The translations under genes and the position numbers were made by a program. A stretch of DNA of 64,000 nucleotides. Origin: Octopus vulgaris. Taxonomy: Eukaryota. Shown piece by piece: positions 1-64,000 of the stretch. The DNA lies in the NCBI GenBank assembly GCA_951406725.2, contig OX597815.1, forward strand, positions 183,520,001 through 183,584,000. The letters run 5' to 3'. Position 1 is the stretch's first letter. Each line of letters begins with the position of its first letter. The notes below the pieces were generated by a model, which worked only from the letters and a program-made list of their open reading frames with translations, did not search any database and was not told the DNA's origin.

Positions 1-118
1 TCGTAGAGCTTTTAGGTGTTTTCGCTCAATAAACACACACAACGCCGGTCTGAGAATCGAAACCGCAATCCTGCGACCGCGAGTCCGCTGCCCTAACCAC
101 TAGGCCATTGCGCCTCTA
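1..118 (-). mobile_element. tRNA-derived SINE family A (5' part)
   Basis: Reverse complement of 408-525; A/B-box-like head tggcctagtggtt...gtttcgattc. Confidence 0.8.
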
Positions 119-124
119 CATATG

Positions 125-185
<61 letters not shown>

Positions 186-409
186 ATGTGTGTGTGTCTG
201 TGTTTGTCCCCCTAGCATTGATGACAACCGATGCTGGTGTGTTTACGTCCCTGTCACTTAGCGGTTCAGCAAAAGAGACCGATAGAATAAGTACTGGGCT
301 TACAAAGAATAAGTCCCGGGGCCGATTTGCTCAACTAAAGGCGGTGCTCCAGCATGGCCACAGTCAAATGACTGAAACAAGTAAAAGAGGAAAAGAGTAT
401 ATGTGTAGA

Positions 410-718
410 GGCGCAATGGTCCAGTGGTTAGGGCAGCGGACTTGTGGTCGTAGGATCGCGGTTTCGATTCCCAGACCGAGCGTTGTGAGTGTTTATTGAG
501 CAAAAACACCTAAAGCTCAACGAGGCTCTGGCAGGGGGTGGTGGCGAACCCTGCTGTACTCTTTTGCCACAACTTTCTCTCATTCTTTCTTCTGTTGGCT
601 TGCTCGCTTAGCCAGCGGGGTGGCGTCATTTGAAGGCTAAAAACAATGTGAAGCACATTGTGACCAGCGATGTGTAGCAACATCTGATAGACTGGTTGGT
701 CACGGTGATCACGGTGAT
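410..718 (+). mobile_element. tRNA-derived SINE family A
   Basis: tRNA-like head; a partial copy at 24590-24905 shares the body. Confidence 0.8.
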
Positions 719-952
719 ATTTATATATGTAGAGAATGTGTTGTATTGCACCTTTGACGTACGATATGATGGAATGATAATAATAATGTCCTTGCAAATT
801 GTTCTACTCAAGATACTGGTAATAACCCTTGACAGTATGCAACTCTCAACTTTACTCTGCTCTGAAGGCTGTCTGTGCATGTCCATTTCTATTGTGGCAC
901 AGTCCATTAGGAGCCAACCAATAGGGGTGTTCTTCTTCCACACAACAGAATG

Positions 953-1056
953 ATAGGTAGATAGGTAGTAGATAGATAGTTAGCTAGCTAGATAGATAGA
1001 CAGATACCTAGACAGATAGACAGACAGATAGATAGAAAGATATCTAGACAGATACC

Positions 1057-1120
<64 letters not shown>

Positions 1121-1172
1121 AAGACAGATACCTAGATATATAAATAGATAGATAGATAGACAGACAGATACC

Positions 1173-1243
<71 letters not shown>

Positions 1244-1345
1244 GCAGAAAAATAACTTGCTACTTAGATAGGTAGACAGACAGATACATAGATAGATAGA
1301 CACATAGAAAGCTAGCTAGCTAGATAGATAGACTGATAGCTATAG
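953..1345. repeat. (TAGA)n / (CAGA)n microsatellite
   Basis: Directly visible. Confidence 0.97.
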
Positions 1346-1535
1346 ATGTAGAATTTGAAGTTTATAGCATTTATTTCTAGGCAGTGTTTCAGACCTTTTC
1401 ATTATTGAGTGATTGCTCTTGTTTTCATTTCTCTAGAAAATCTTAAAATACACTTCAAAATAACTGATCTTGGAAAATTAGCAAAATATATATTTTTTGA
1501 TATATTATTAAAAAATCGTGGCTTTTAGATAATAC

Positions 1536-63724
<62,189 letters not shown>

Positions 63725-64000
63725 CTGATAAAGAAAACAATCAGCTCTTGTATAATGAGAAATTGAGGCAAAAAAGTGATTCAGTTGTAAAAGTGAAAGC
63801 CCTGAAACAGTTGATTTACGATGAATCAAGTCAGAAGTTAGCTGTCAATTTAAAACAAGGAGAATTAAGAAGCATCTTAACAGTATATATCACAAAAATA
63901 TCGGTGAATATGTGAAATATTTATCTGTCAGGGGCAAGAGAATATTGTTGTAAGAGTTCGAAAATAAGAATAAAATTAGAATTTCGTCAAATTAAACAGT

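Noticed and set aside
410-480. tRNA genes at SINE heads (also 5965-6030, 15748-15815)
   Set aside because: No full cloverleaf; they continue into repeated SINE bodies
626-953. ORFs on both strands near the window start as a next exon
   Set aside because: No cysteine pattern or convincing splice sites; partly SINE

Overview
AT-rich eukaryotic DNA, most likely from an octopus or other coleoid cephalopod (inferred from the style of SINEs and microsatellites, not from a database). The whole window lies inside one large minus-strand gene whose start and end are both outside it. Reading from 63724 down to 1536, I could chain 54 exons with canonical GT-AG sites and consistent phases. They encode: 13 near-identical copies of a cassette on a ~2.12-kb genomic unit (a divergent discoidin/F5-8C-like domain plus a short Thr/Pro linker, 152 aa), a ~5-kb Pro/Thr/Ser mucin exon carrying four apparent frameshifts, one diverged 14th cassette, and a TSP1/TIL/VWC-like series of the SCO-spondin/hemolectin type. 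Introns outside the array are full of tRNA-derived SINEs, MITEs, CR1-like LINE fragments, microsatellites and short Penelope-like elements. Several of the latter carry minimal hammerhead ribozyme motifs, one of them intact on the sense strand of the pre-mRNA. Each array unit also appears to hold a dead copy of the unique flanks of the giant mucin exon.
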